NCBI GenBank assembly: GCA_013416795.1
Contig: RQSC01000019.1
Coordinates: 70,356 to 134,355 of the forward strand
Reading direction: 5' to 3'
Length of the DNA stretch: 64,000 bases
Source: Prasinococcaceae sp. CCMP 1430
Lineage: Eukaryota > Plantae > Prasinodermophyta
Position 1 is the stretch's first letter. The number at the start of each line of letters is the position of its first letter. Made by a program: the position numbers and the translations under genes. The notes beneath the pieces are model-generated. The model had not been told where the DNA came from, did not search any database, and worked only from the letters and a program-made list of their open reading frames with translations. This document shows positions 53,471-64,000 of the stretch, piece after piece.

Positions 53471-56400
53471 TCACACCCAGCACTTGACGACACCGTCCCT
53501 CGACCCGGTCGCAAGCAGGGTGGACCCACCGCCGCCCTCCACGGCGCACATGCTCAGGATGGCGTCCCTGTGGCCCGGCCGCGTGGCACGCGCGCGCAGG
53601 TCGTTCGTGGCGTTGGGACCGCTGCCGCCTCCCCCGTCGCCGCCATGCGCGCTGCCGCCGTCGGCGTACGTCGCCTCGAGGGGCGTGCAGCGCAGCAGAC
53701 GCACGCCGCCGGCGTCGACGCCGCTGAACATGGGCTCGCTCTCAGTCGACGGCGACGCGCTCACGGCGTAGCAGCCGCGCGCGCCAGGTGTAGCCATGTC
53801 CCAGTAGCGCACGCACGCGTCGGTGCCCGCCGTCAGGAAGGCACTGCCGCCGCGCAGCGGCACCACGCAACGTGCCCCCGCAGGACGCGGCGGCGGCGCG
53901 CACAGCTCATCCACACGCAGGCGTCCGGTAAGGCCACCGCCGCCGCTGCCGCCGCTGCCCGCACCGCCGGTCACGAATGCGCTGAGGCGCTGCAGCGAAG
54001 CGGGCGGAGTCCTGCCAGACGCGGCGTCTGCCGTCGCGGCGTCGGGGCACACGCGCACCCCCCCTACAGTCTCGCCTGTGGCCATGTCGTACAGCCCCAC
54101 GTCGTTCAGCGCCGCCGCTGCCAGCACGGGGGCGCCGTTGACGACCGCCGTAGGTGCCACCGCGGCGAGCGCCTCGAAGCGCGCGCGTTTGGGATGAGCC
54201 CACAGAGCTGATCGCACCTGGAACCGGAGGTCCCACAGCGACACGCGGTGGTTGGCGGACGCCGCCACCCAGCATCCAGAGGGGTCCATCAGGACGTGCT
54301 CCACCGGCCCCTCCGCACGCGGCGCAGCCAGCACGAAAGCCTCGGATTTGGCGCGGGGGTCTGCACGGGGGGAGCACCACGCACAGGAAGCACAAGCGCG
54401 AGTCAGAGATAGCCCCGAACGACAGAAATTGAACGCGTTCGTCATGCTTCCGCCCCTTCCCCAGCGCGCAAGGACGCATGGCCGCACGCGCTGCAAGGTG
54501 CGCACGTACCGAGGGCGTGCACACGTCCCCACTGCGTCGACCATAGAATCAGCTGACCGGCACCACCAGCGGCGGCCACGCTCCCGGGCGGCGTAGCTGC
54601 CACCGAGAGCGCCGCGCCCTCGTCCACGCTCGTGTCCACTATGCGCTCGACCGAGCCAGCATACTGCTCAGCAATGCCCTGTCCCCGCACCGCGGGGTTG
54701 TAGCTGACGCTGAAGATGTGCACGCTTCCATCTGAGACGGACGCAGCCACCCGATGGTCCGGGAGCGCACACACCTTGGTCACGCCAGCGGGCGAGCGCC
54801 CTCCCAGTGCGCTGTCGCTGCGCACATTGTATGTGAGGCGCGAGCGGAAGGACACATCCTTCTCCACGCGTCGCTTGTCCCACACCTTGATGGTGCCGTC
54901 GGCGCTGCCAGTGGCGAAGAACGCGCCATCGTGGGAACACGCAATGCCCGTGACGGCGCCCGAGTGCTCAGCCAGATGGGCGAGGAGGACGCCGCGCGGG
55001 CGCCAGCCGGCTGGGCCGCTGCCGCTGGGTGAGAGCACGGGCGCGACGGGCATCAGACGCGGCGCGGGCTGGCTCGAGGTGTGCGCGTGTGCGGCGTGGT
55101 GAGCGTGTATCGAGCGGGCGCTCGTGTGTCTGTGCATGCTAGTCGACGGCGAGCTCAGGCCAGCAGGAGTCGCGGCTGTGCCTCCTGGAAGCCTTCGGAT
55201 GGCGCCAGGATTGAGCGTGAGTGCCGGCGATGCCGCCAGGTTTGCCTGCAGCGAGACCTTTTCGACATTGGCACCGCCGCGCGCGTCAGGTGCCAGCGAC
55301 GCCGGAGGCGCGCCGTAGACCGTCCGCGCGTGCCTGTCGCTGTCTGGGAGCACTCTGTCCGTGCCTTCGCCCACAGCACCAGAGGCGCCCCCATGGCCAG
55401 CGCCGTCATCAGCGTCCGCGCCAAGAGGGGGAGGATGGTCCAAATGATACCTCGCGGCAGCACTCCCGGCCACGCCCCTGCCTTCCCTTGTCGGCTCAAC
55501 GGGAAGAAGACCGAGCGCAGCTAACGGCGGCGGCGCAGCCGCGGCCGCGGCGGCGCGTGAAGACGCCGCAGCTGCGGCTGCCGACGCAGCCTTGCTCCCT
55601 CCACCTTGCATGCGATTGGCCCGACGAGTTGCGTGCTCCGCCAAAGCGGAACGCACATCAGGGTCAAGGCCGGCGAGGACCTGCTGGCCTGGTATCTGAT
55701 GCATGCCGCCGCTCGCGTCGACCCCCCGACTCTGCGCAATCGCCACTTGGACGAGCGCTTCGAGTTGCTCGCATGTCACGGGAGGCTTGGACGCATCCAG
55801 CAGCGCTCTTTCGCTCGTCATATCGAGCGCGGGGTACTTGAGCACCGGCAATAGCGCCGGCAGTATGAATGTCTGCTTGTCTGCCGGACCCACAGCTGCG
55901 GCTGCTGCGGCAACCGCGGCGCGCGCTGCCGAGGCCACAGCGGCAGACGGATGGACGAGCAAAGGCGCTGCTTTCTTCACAGCGGCCAGTGTGGCCGGTC
56001 GCCGCAGCGGTGCGGCTGGACTGCTGATCATTTTTGCGAGGCATCGCAACGCCGCCGCGGCGACGGCCTCCTCTGGATCGCACAGCGTGTTTTCAACGCA
56101 CGGCAGGAGGAACTGCTCGACGGCCGCGCCACCGGCCGCAGCGCCGATCGCTGCCGCCTCGTCGAAAAAGGCGGCTCGAAGCTGCCAATCCCTATCGTTG
56201 AGAAATGTGATCAGCATGGGCAAGAGGAACCCAGCACACTCCCGGCGACCGAGCGCGCCGCACAGCGCGTGCGCGCTCCGCAGGACCGCACGGCGCACTG
56301 CAGCGACGTCCACAGCGGCTGAGCTTGCTCTGTTGCTGCTGTGTGAGTCCGTCGGCGTCGCGAGTTCCTGCAAGGCCTGCTCGACCTCAATGCGCAGGGC

Positions 56401-58827
56401 CGCCCGCTCCTCATCGAAGCGTATGCCAGCTGCTCCGCCGCCAGTAGCGCCGATCGCACTACTGCCACCGCCTGAGCCGTCGCCGGTCCCGCCGCGTGCT
56501 CCGCTGCCCGCACTCTGATTCTCCTCTTGCGATGCGTTGAGTTGGGCCCTCGCAAGGAAAGTGTCCGCGGCAGACGCAATGCGCGCCAGATGGACGGCAT
56601 AGGTTGCGCGCACGCCGGCCTCCGGGTCGGCGGGCAGCAGGCTCAAAGCAGGCAGCACATACTCGGGAAATGCCTTCGCTTCCGACGGCGGAAAGGCTCG
56701 CACTAGCATCGCAACGTCCGCGAGCACCTCCACGGCCTTCGACCGCACCGCTGACGACGGATCGGGCACTAGTGACAGCACGTACGGCATGATGCGCTGC
56801 AAACGCGTGTCGTCATCCAGGGCGGGTGACAGCCGTGCAAGCATCTGCAGGGCGGCTCTGCGGCAACTGGCACGCGCAGCACCCCGCGCGGCAGAGCAGA
56901 GCGCCGCTGCAAGGATGGCAGCGCCAATGCAAGGGTTGGTCGCGACGCCGCGCGAGCCGTCGTCACCCTGTGCGGCAACCTGGGCAACTGTCGCCTGCGG
57001 AGCCCCTGACGCGACCGCCGTCGCCATGTCGCCCGATCTGCTGCCACCGACAGCCATCACACGACGGCGTCGACGAACCCACCGTCGCCTTCGGCTCGTT
57101 GCCACCGGCGACTCCGTTTCTCGCCAACGACGCTCGCGAGCGGCGTTGGCCGCATCCTCCGCGAGTGCCGCGTCAGTCTGACCAACCCCGACGAACGCCG
57201 GTGTGTGACCCGCGTGTGCCTCAGAGCAGGTGCCCGACGATGCCTCTTCCTGTATCATGTACTGCCACTTCTCCGCCGTCCATCCATCGTCCAGCCATCG
57301 CCATCCGCCACCCGACGGCAGCTGCCGCATCTGGCGCCGCCACGAGGCGGGAGCCTGCGCTGGCGCGGCGATCATGCATGGCGCGTCATGTCCCGCTCCA
57401 TCGGATGCGCCCACATCCGCTCCCACGGGATCAACTTCAACCCACGCGCGCGTGTCATCGCTGCGGCTCTGATACTCCCAGACTTCCTCCTTTTCCACAC
57501 AGCCTGCGGTGCCTATCGACGCGCACAACGACGCCGAGAGTGACTGACCGCCCTGCACGCCACCAGCACCATCGAGCGCCGCGGGGTCCGCCCACGCATC
57601 CATGCCATCAGCGTCAGCGCTATCAGTGCCAGCGTCGTGCGCGTCATGGCCGCGACCATCGGCTCCATCGGGCAACAGGCGCGAGATGTCGAGCCGCGCG
57701 ACGTCGCTGATGAGGTCACTGCCGGCATCGCTGGCTTCAAAGTTTCCTTGCGACCCCCCACCGATGCGCGCATTCAGAGCCGCGCTCTCGGCCGCGAAGG
57801 CGCGCTCGAGTTCAGGCAGTGCTTGCTGCACCATCTCAACGCGCCTGTTGCAATCGCACAGAAGCATGTCGCCCATAAAGCCGTGCAGCCTCTCCTTGAA
57901 GAATCTGGGGAAGCACTTCGGCGCCCAGATCGCCACGTACTCCTGCGCGCTCAGCCTCCGCGCTGGGTCGCGCTGCGTCATGTGGAGCACCATCCGGGCG
58001 ACTTCGGGGTAGTGTGCGGACACGCCCTGTAGGGCCTCCTCGCGCCTGTCCTCTGCCCCGGTGCGGTAGCGCAGCAGCGCGCCGAGGTCGAAGAGCGCCG
58101 TGCCCTCCGTGTACAGCTCGGCGATGCAGCACCCCAGCGAGAAGACGTCCGAGCTGAACTGCAGGGGCACGTCAAAGTCCGCAGCGCTGGACCCGTCTGT
58201 GAAACGCTCGGGTGCAAGGTAGCACCGCCTGCGCCCGCCGGCGTCGAAGAAAAACGAGAAGTCCGCAGGGTTGTCCGCGGGCAGCATCGCAGGCTTGAAC
58301 GGCGCGAAGTCGCTCAGGAAGACCCAGTGCCAGCTCGTGACGAGCGCGTTCTCCAGCTTGACGTCGCCGTGCGCCACACCACGGCCGTGTGCCTCAGCGA
58401 GCGCGCACATCATCTGGAAGGCGATCCAGGCGCGCTCGGCGGCGCTCAGGAACGGCCGCGTGCTCAGCCGGTCGCGCACAGAGCAGAAGCCGTACGGCCG
58501 CACGAGGTACACCGCGCGGTCGGTCTGCACAATCTCCTGATACGGCCAGCAGTGGATCGTGCTGCCCGCACCGGGGGAGCCCTCGAGCTTCTCTTTGACC
58601 CTCCTGAGTCTCTCGACGAACCTCCCGATGCCTTTGGCATCGTTCTGCCGCCGGGCGTACACCTTAGCGACCGCCGCGCCGGCGTTGCCAACGCACTGCA
58701 GCGTCTTCAGGAAGCGCCCGCCGCCGAGGGCCTCCTTGCACGTGTACCGCGCGCCCAGCTCGGCCGCCAGCAACGATTCCGCCGTGCCGCGCTCGAGCGG
58801 CGCCTGCAGCGCCAGCTGGTTTCCCAT
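53471..58827 (-). CDS. VPS15: VPS15/PIK3R4 (kinase-like domain, HEAT repeats, WD40; exons 54510-58827 and 53471-54360)
   Basis: MGNQL myristoylation-type start, LGGGRFLKT, RLSTRPFL..ERAWIAFQ, HGDVKLEN, LSDFAPFKP..LPADNPADFSFFFD.GGRRRCYLAPERF, LQRIMPY, LITFLNDRDWQLRAAFF, WRPRGVLLAHLAEH and WD40 repeats. Confidence 0.96.
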
Positions 58828-58866
58828 GGCGACCGTCGTCAATCACCCCCCACCCGCCCGACACTG

Positions 58867-60951
58867 TCAGTGCACCAGGGAGTGGATCGCGTTGTTGAGC
58901 TGCGTCGTCTTCGTGTGCAGGCTCTGGTGGATCCACCGCTTGAACTCGGCGCCGGCTCGCCCGTCGTCGTCCGTGAGGAGGAGCGCGTCGACGAGGTACC
59001 TGATGTCGTCGGTGCTCGCGAGCTCGGGGATGCCGCTGGAGAGCATGAGCTCGAACAGCGTGGTGAAGGTGTCGGCGTGGCGGCGCAGGATGTTGAAGGC
59101 CCTCGCGCACAGATCCTCGAACAGCGCGAAGCGGGGGTCCTCGATGCCGCCCATGACGAAGGCGAAGTCGGGGGTGAAGACGAACTTGGCGCGCTCGCGC
59201 TTGAAGCCGAACTTGCTCTTGAAGTGCCCCAGGAAGTGGCCGAAGTCGACGTGGAACAGGTTGCCCGTCCGCTGCACCAAGATGTTGTCGTTGTGCCTGT
59301 CGCCGATGCCCAGCACGCACGTGGCCACGCAGTAGCCCGCGCACGAGCGGACGAAGTTGTCCACCGCGCGGTCGTAGGACTCGTCGTCTGGGTTGTTCCT
59401 GCGCAACCACTTGGCGAGCGGGTCCGCCATGAAGCACTGGAAGCTGCCTCCCGCATCCTTGGAGATCTCCGACGTGGTGTGCGCGTTTGGCACCACCTCG
59501 AGCATGCCGACCTCGCTCCCGACGGCCACCGTCCGATAGGCGTTCATGCACAGGTCGAGGCCGTCCTGCCGCCAGAGCGTGTCCATGACGCGCAGCGTCT
59601 GGAGCGTGAGCAGGTCCTGACGCGGGTCGTCGCCCGCCTTGTAGATGACGCTGATGTCGTCGCCCAAGGGGTCGGCGTTCTCGAACACCAGCCACAGCGG
59701 CAGCTTCTTCGAGTCCATGCACTTGCACTCGGCGACCCTCAGTCCCTTCACGCGCAGCTTGGGGTGGAGGGGCAGGCGGCACTCCGGCGGGACGGTCACC
59801 TCGGCCAAGAGCTTGCGCAGCAGCGCCGGGCGCGCCTTGTCGGGCGCCGCCTTGATGGCGAGCGCCGCGCGCGTGAGCTGCGAGACGAGCTCGTTCTGCT
59901 TGAGAAGCTCGTGGCGGTACTCGCCGCTGCACTTTTGGTATGTTTGCAGCATCGCCCTCAAGTTGTCGCGCGGGCGAATGCTCGGCATGCGGGCCTGCGC
60001 CTTGAGGTGCCAGTAGAAGTAGTGGCCAATGAGCGGGCTGCGCACCGCGCGGTCCATGAGGAAGTCCGCAACGGGGCTCGAGTGGTACGACTCGTGCTTG
60101 GCGACCTGCGTGAGCTGCAGCAGGATCGACTCCAGCGCCGCGTCGTCGAGGCAGCGGAGGCACCCTACGGCAAACGCGCGCACAGCGGCGTCCGTGGGTC
60201 TCAAAGCCAGCAGCTGCAGCGCCACCTGCGCCGACACGCGCGGCCACATCGCCAGCTGCCTGTGCGCCGCCGCCACGTGCTTCTGGCTGTCCCAGTTCAC
60301 GCTCCGCAGCAGCTTGGCCAGCGACCGCTCCGGACGGTGCGCGCGCAGCCAGTCGCGGTGCCGAAAGAACAGCTCCTGTTGGGCGTGGGTGAGCTCGTCC
60401 GGGCTTGACATGTTGATGCTCTCATCAAGCGACATCCTCTCGTCCTCGGCTGGGTGCGGCGGCGGCGGCGTGCCGCCCCCGTCGGCGCCGTCCTCCGCAA
60501 CCGCCGCCTCGGCTGGTGTCATGCCCCCAATGCGCCCTGCTGCCCCGCTCCCCTCTGCGCCGTTCGCACCGCCCTCCTCCGGCCCTGCGCGCTTGACCAG
60601 CGCCGGCGGCGCGAGCACCAGGGCGAGCTTCGCCACCGCGCCCTGCTTGCGGCAGCGCGCGACGTGCAGGAACTCACCCATCCGCGCGGCCGGCTCGGCA
60701 AGTGTGTCGAGGTACTGGTCGTACCCAACGAGCTTGATGGCGAATTTCGCAGGGTCGGCGGTGGCGGCGCCGTCGCCTCCTCCGCCTCTGTGGGCGACGC
60801 CGTACGCCGTGACGAGCCTGTCGCGCACGGCCGTGGCAGCTTCCGAGACGTCGAAGGCGATCTCAACCTGGACCAGGCCCGGGCAGATGCAGTGGCACCG
60901 GAGCTCCGTCGAGGGAGCTCCGTCGACAGGAGTCTGGATGCGCTCTGCCAT
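58867..60951 (-). CDS. Class I/II-type phosphoinositide 3-kinase catalytic subunit (RBD-like, helical PIK and kinase domains); start uncertain, may extend to about 61375
   Basis: MDSKKLPLWLVFENADP, IYKAGDD.RQDLLTLQ..MDTLW..GLDLCM..Y, SCAGYCVAT.VLGIGDRHNDNI, GNLFHVDFGHFLG.FKSKFG.KRER..FVFT. The helical domain includes LLQLTQV.KHE..FLMDRA...IGHYFYWHLK. Confidence 0.9.
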   Translation of the reverse strand: MAERIQTPVDGAPSTELRCHCICPGLVQVEIAFDVSEAATAVRDRLVTAYGVAHRGGGGDGAATADPAKFAIKLVGYDQYLDTLAEPAARMGEFLHVARCRKQGAVAKLALVLAPPALVKRAGPEEGGANGAEGSGAAGRIGGMTPAEAAVAEDGADGGGTPPPPHPAEDERMSLDESINMSSPDELTHAQQELFFRHRDWLRAHRPERSLAKLLRSVNWDSQKHVAAAHRQLAMWPRVSAQVALQLLALRPTDAAVRAFAVGCLRCLDDAALESILLQLTQVAKHESYHSSPVADFLMDRAVRSPLIGHYFYWHLKAQARMPSIRPRDNLRAMLQTYQKCSGEYRHELLKQNELVSQLTRAALAIKAAPDKARPALLRKLLAEVTVPPECRLPLHPKLRVKGLRVAECKCMDSKKLPLWLVFENADPLGDDISVIYKAGDDPRQDLLTLQTLRVMDTLWRQDGLDLCMNAYRTVAVGSEVGMLEVVPNAHTTSEISKDAGGSFQCFMADPLAKWLRRNNPDDESYDRAVDNFVRSCAGYCVATCVLGIGDRHNDNILVQRTGNLFHVDFGHFLGHFKSKFGFKRERAKFVFTPDFAFVMGGIEDPRFALFEDLCARAFNILRRHADTFTTLFELMLSSGIPELASTDDIRYLVDALLLTDDDGRAGAEFKRWIHQSLHTKTTQLNNAIHSLVH

Positions 60952-61681
60952 GAATATGATCGGCGATGGCGCGATGGCCCTGCACATGTGTGACCAGCGG
61001 CGCCTCGCCACTGCGGAGGCGGACCGCCGACGCGTGGCCATCGGCGCCGACGGCGCCGACCGCGCGCGCATCGATTTTCTGATCGAGGTCGATGCTGAAC
61101 AACCGGCCGTCGCTCGACAGGAAGCGCGTGCGCGGGAAAGCGCGTGCGGCTTCGGAAGGAGCGGCGCCATTATATGCCCGATACATGGCGGCTCCAGCGT
61201 GTGGCGCTTCACGTCCGCCGATGGCGATGCGTTCGATATTTGATGGGATTCGAAGTGCCCTCGCCTCAGCCAGCGTAGCTGCATAGGCGATATTGCCATC
61301 GCGCTGCGTCGGGCCAGCCGCAGCGGCAACCACGTCACCCGACACCAGTCCGCCGGCCGCCAAGCCGCTGCCTTGGCCCGGGGCGCGGGCGCCGGGCAGG
61401 GTTAGAGCTGGCCGCAGCCGCGCCCGCCGTGTGCCGCCGTGCCGCGGCCCGCAGGCAATGCGGGCCGGTTGAGCCTGCGTTTACGCGCGGGAGCGACGAA
61501 CCTGCGCGTTGCCCGCCCCAACGACGACCAGGACCCCCCCACCACCACCACCACCCTTCCCTCCCCCTCCACCTCTCTCTTCCCGCAGGGCCGCGCCCCG
61601 CCTCGGCGCGCGCCGCGTGCCCCTTCGGCGCCGCGCGCGCGCGCGCGCGGTGCCAGTTCGGCGTTCGCCCGTTCGCTTCTC

Positions 61682-61690
61682 AAACCCTAA
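61682..61690 (+). promoter_or_regulatory. Telo-box-like motif (AAACCCTAA) in the divergent PI3K/pepN intergenic region
   Basis: Exact match to the plant interstitial telomere promoter motif. A single 9-mer could be chance. Confidence 0.3.
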
Positions 61691-62729
61691 ATAAATGTGC
61701 TCACACCTGGTGACGCGACTTCACGCCTTGGAAATTTCAAATGTCAAACTCCGCAAATTCCACCATGCGGCCTCGGCACGACATACAGTACGATTCGACG
61801 ACGCCGCGATTTCGCGATTCAAAGTCACGCATATGTCTCCCGTGGGTACTTTATATACATAAAAATATAGTTGTGTGTGCGCACGCGTCGCCGTATGCGC
61901 ACGCGTCCCGCAGCAGTGGATCGCGCCAGCGCGGGGCGCATGCGGTTTGATGTCCGGGGTGTTTGCGCATGCGGTTTGATGGGCGGGACGCTGTGGCGCG
62001 CTGCGGCGCGCCACAGCGCGCGCGCGGTGCGGTGCGGTGCGGTGCGGCGACGACCCCCTCCCCCCCCCCCATCCTCGTCGCCGGGCCCGGCCGACGCATG
62101 CTCGCGCGCGCCGCGTCGTTGATGGCATGCGCCGCGCGCGCGGGCCCGGCCCCCCGCGCCGCGGCCCGGTGACCTGGGCCGGATCGAGCGCGTCCGCGGC
62201 GCACGCTGGCTCTCCTGGGACGCTCCGCCACGCGTAGCGCTCACCGTCTGGCTCCGGCCCGGCCCCTCCCCCTCCCGCAACACCCTGCCCCCCGGGCCTC
62301 CACGAGCAGCCCCCGCCGATCCCCCGCTTCGACCGCGCGCAAAAAAACATTTCCGCCCATTTTCATCCCCGCCGCGCCAAAAAAAGTTTTTTTTTTAAAA
62401 AAAAAGCGCGTCAGCCGGGACACTCATCGAAAAGGGCGGGCGCCGGCGCGGGAGCGCGCGGCAGAGAGGGAGGGAGGGGAGAGCGCCCCCGCGTGCCCCG
62501 AACGGCCCCATTTGTGGGGGGTCGGGGCCGCGGCGCGTCCCATCTCGATCCCGGCGCCCAGATCCGCGCGGATCCGCCCAGATCCGCGCCGCATCCGCGC
62601 GGCCGCAGGGGCGCACCGCTCTCTGAGCCTATCGGATGTCGCTCCGCGCGCTGACCTGCGCTCGCCCACTCACCTCCCCACCACCACCGCCACCGCGCGC
62701 AATCCATCCGCCGGCGACGCATCGCGCAG

Positions 62730-64000
62730 CGACGGCTGCCGCGCCCGCCGACACCATTCCTGCCACCAAGGAGATCTTCCGCGCGGACTACACGCCGTAC
62801 CCGTACGAGCTCTCGTCCATCCTCCTCGACTTCGACCTGCGCGAGGACAAGGGCACGCGCGTGCGCTCGACGATCAAGCTGGCAGCAAAGGCGGCCGCCG
62901 AGCCGCTCGTCCTCGACGGCGACGCCTTCGTGACGCTCAAGGGCGTCGCGATCGACGGCGCGGCGCTCGATGAGTCGGCGTACGAGCTGAGCGCTGACGG
63001 CTCGACGCTCACGATCACCTCGCCGCCCTCGGAGCCGTTCGAGCTGACGGTCGACACGGCGATCGCGCCCGAGGACAACTCGCAGCTCGACGGCCTGTAC
63101 AAGAGCAGCGGCAACTTCTGCACGCAGTGCGAGGCCCAGGGCTTCCGCCGCATCACCTTCTTCCCCGACCGCCCCGACGTCATGACCACCTACGTCACGC
63201 GCATCGAGGCCGACAAGGCGAAGTACCCCGTGCTGCTGGGCAACGGCGACCTGATGGAGTCGGGCGACTGCGCGGACGCCCCCGACCGCCACTTCGCCGT
63301 GTGGAACGACCCCTGGAAGAAGCCCGCGTACCTCTTCGCCCTCGTCGCGGGCGACCTCGCGTCCATCGAGGACTCCTTCACCACCAAGAGCGGCAAGGAG
63401 GTCACGCTGCGCGTCTACACCGAGGCGCACAACATCCACAAGTGCGACTACGCCATGGCGTCGCTCAAGGCGTCCATGAAGTGGGACGAGGACGTGTACG
63501 GCCTCGAGTACGACCTCGGCCTCTTCAACATCGTCGCTGTGGACGACTTCAACATGGGCGCCATGGAGAACAAGTCGCTCAACATCTTCAACTCGCGGCT
63601 GGTGCTCGCCACGCCCGAGACGGCCACCGACGCCGACTACGAGCGCATCGAGGGCGTGGTGGGCCACGAGTACTTCCACAACTGGTCGGGCAACCGTGTG
63701 ACCCTGCGCGACTGGTTCCAGCTCTCGCTCAAGGAGGGCCTGACCGTCTTCAGGGATCAGAGCTTCACGGCCGACATGAACGACGCCGCCGTCAAGCGCA
63801 TCGCCGACGTGGTGCGCCTGCGCGCGAGCCAGTTCCCCGAGGACGCCTCGCCCATGGCGCACCCCGTGCGCCCCGACTCGTACGTCAAGATGGACAACTT
63901 CTACACGGTGACCGTGTACGAGAAGGGCGCCGAGGTCGTGCGCATGTACCATACGCTGCTTGGCGCCGAGGGCTTCCGCAAGGGCACCGACCTGTACTTC
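62730..64000 (+). CDS. pepN: Aminopeptidase N (M1 family, PepN-type), runs off the window; a probable transit-peptide exon starts near 62098
   Basis: [75 protein letters not shown] and the zinc motif [17 protein letters not shown]. This frame is missing from the supplied ORF track. Confidence 0.96.

Noticed and set aside
58827-58869. PI3K-VPS15 read-through fusion protein
   Set aside because: The spacer is in frame but has a second TGA. A fusion would also bury the VPS15 MG myristoylation-type start.
60899-60926. 12-bp direct repeat GAGCTCCGTCGA (period 14) as the cause of the PI3K 5' frame switch
   Set aside because: Removing 14 nt does not join the upstream coding-like frame to the PI3K frame; a 3n+1 deletion would be needed.
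58867-60951. Calling the PI3K Vps34 because it neighbours VPS15
   Set aside because: The catalytic-loop and activation-loop sequences (GDRHNDN, DFGHFLG.FKSKFG) and the RBD-like segment are class I/II-type.
1-64000. Transposase, reverse transcriptase, integrase or viral hallmark genes
   Set aside because: None were recognised in any ORF, and no terminal repeats with target-site duplications were seen. Gaps could hide such elements.

Overview
This is a gene-dense, very GC-rich eukaryotic nuclear window with many assembly gaps (long N runs plus single n joins at 15611, 16189 and 51410). Plant-like cytosolic MDH, CysRS, thiamine-pyrophosphate carrier, D27, ABC1 kinase and tRNA-Lys point to a green-lineage alga, probably prasinophyte-grade (inference). 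Introns are mostly short (about 84-220 nt, one of 344 nt) with GT donors, a strong (R)CTGAC branch site and mostly YAG acceptors. About 27 protein genes or fragments are recognisable: DUF4336, AP-5 beta, ABC1 kinase, D27, cyclophilin, PITH, HflX, LRR, Ctr copper transporter, MDH, a SAM-domain protein, kinesin-4, a lipase, PTH2-like, Orai-like, gamma-tubulin, a 2OG-Fe(II) oxygenase, a sulfotransferase, a severin-like protein, CvfB-like, CysRS, a TPP carrier, VPS15, a PI3K and aminopeptidase N. The strongest oddities are: (1) a tRNA-Lys(CUU) split by a 25-nt intron inside the D-stem, framed by an archaeal-style bulge-helix-bulge; (2) a class I/II-type (not Vps34) PI3K without an obvious C2 domain, only 39 nt upstream of a VPS15 that carries a dysferlin-like (DysF) insert; (3) a kinesin-4 with a C-terminal ARID-like domain; (4) a 2.3-kb spacerless palindrome through the Ctr gene, probably an assembly fold-back; (5) a degenerate block-conserved element shared by two intergenic regions, and a recurring 13-mer. 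All family calls come from reading motifs by eye; no searches were run.
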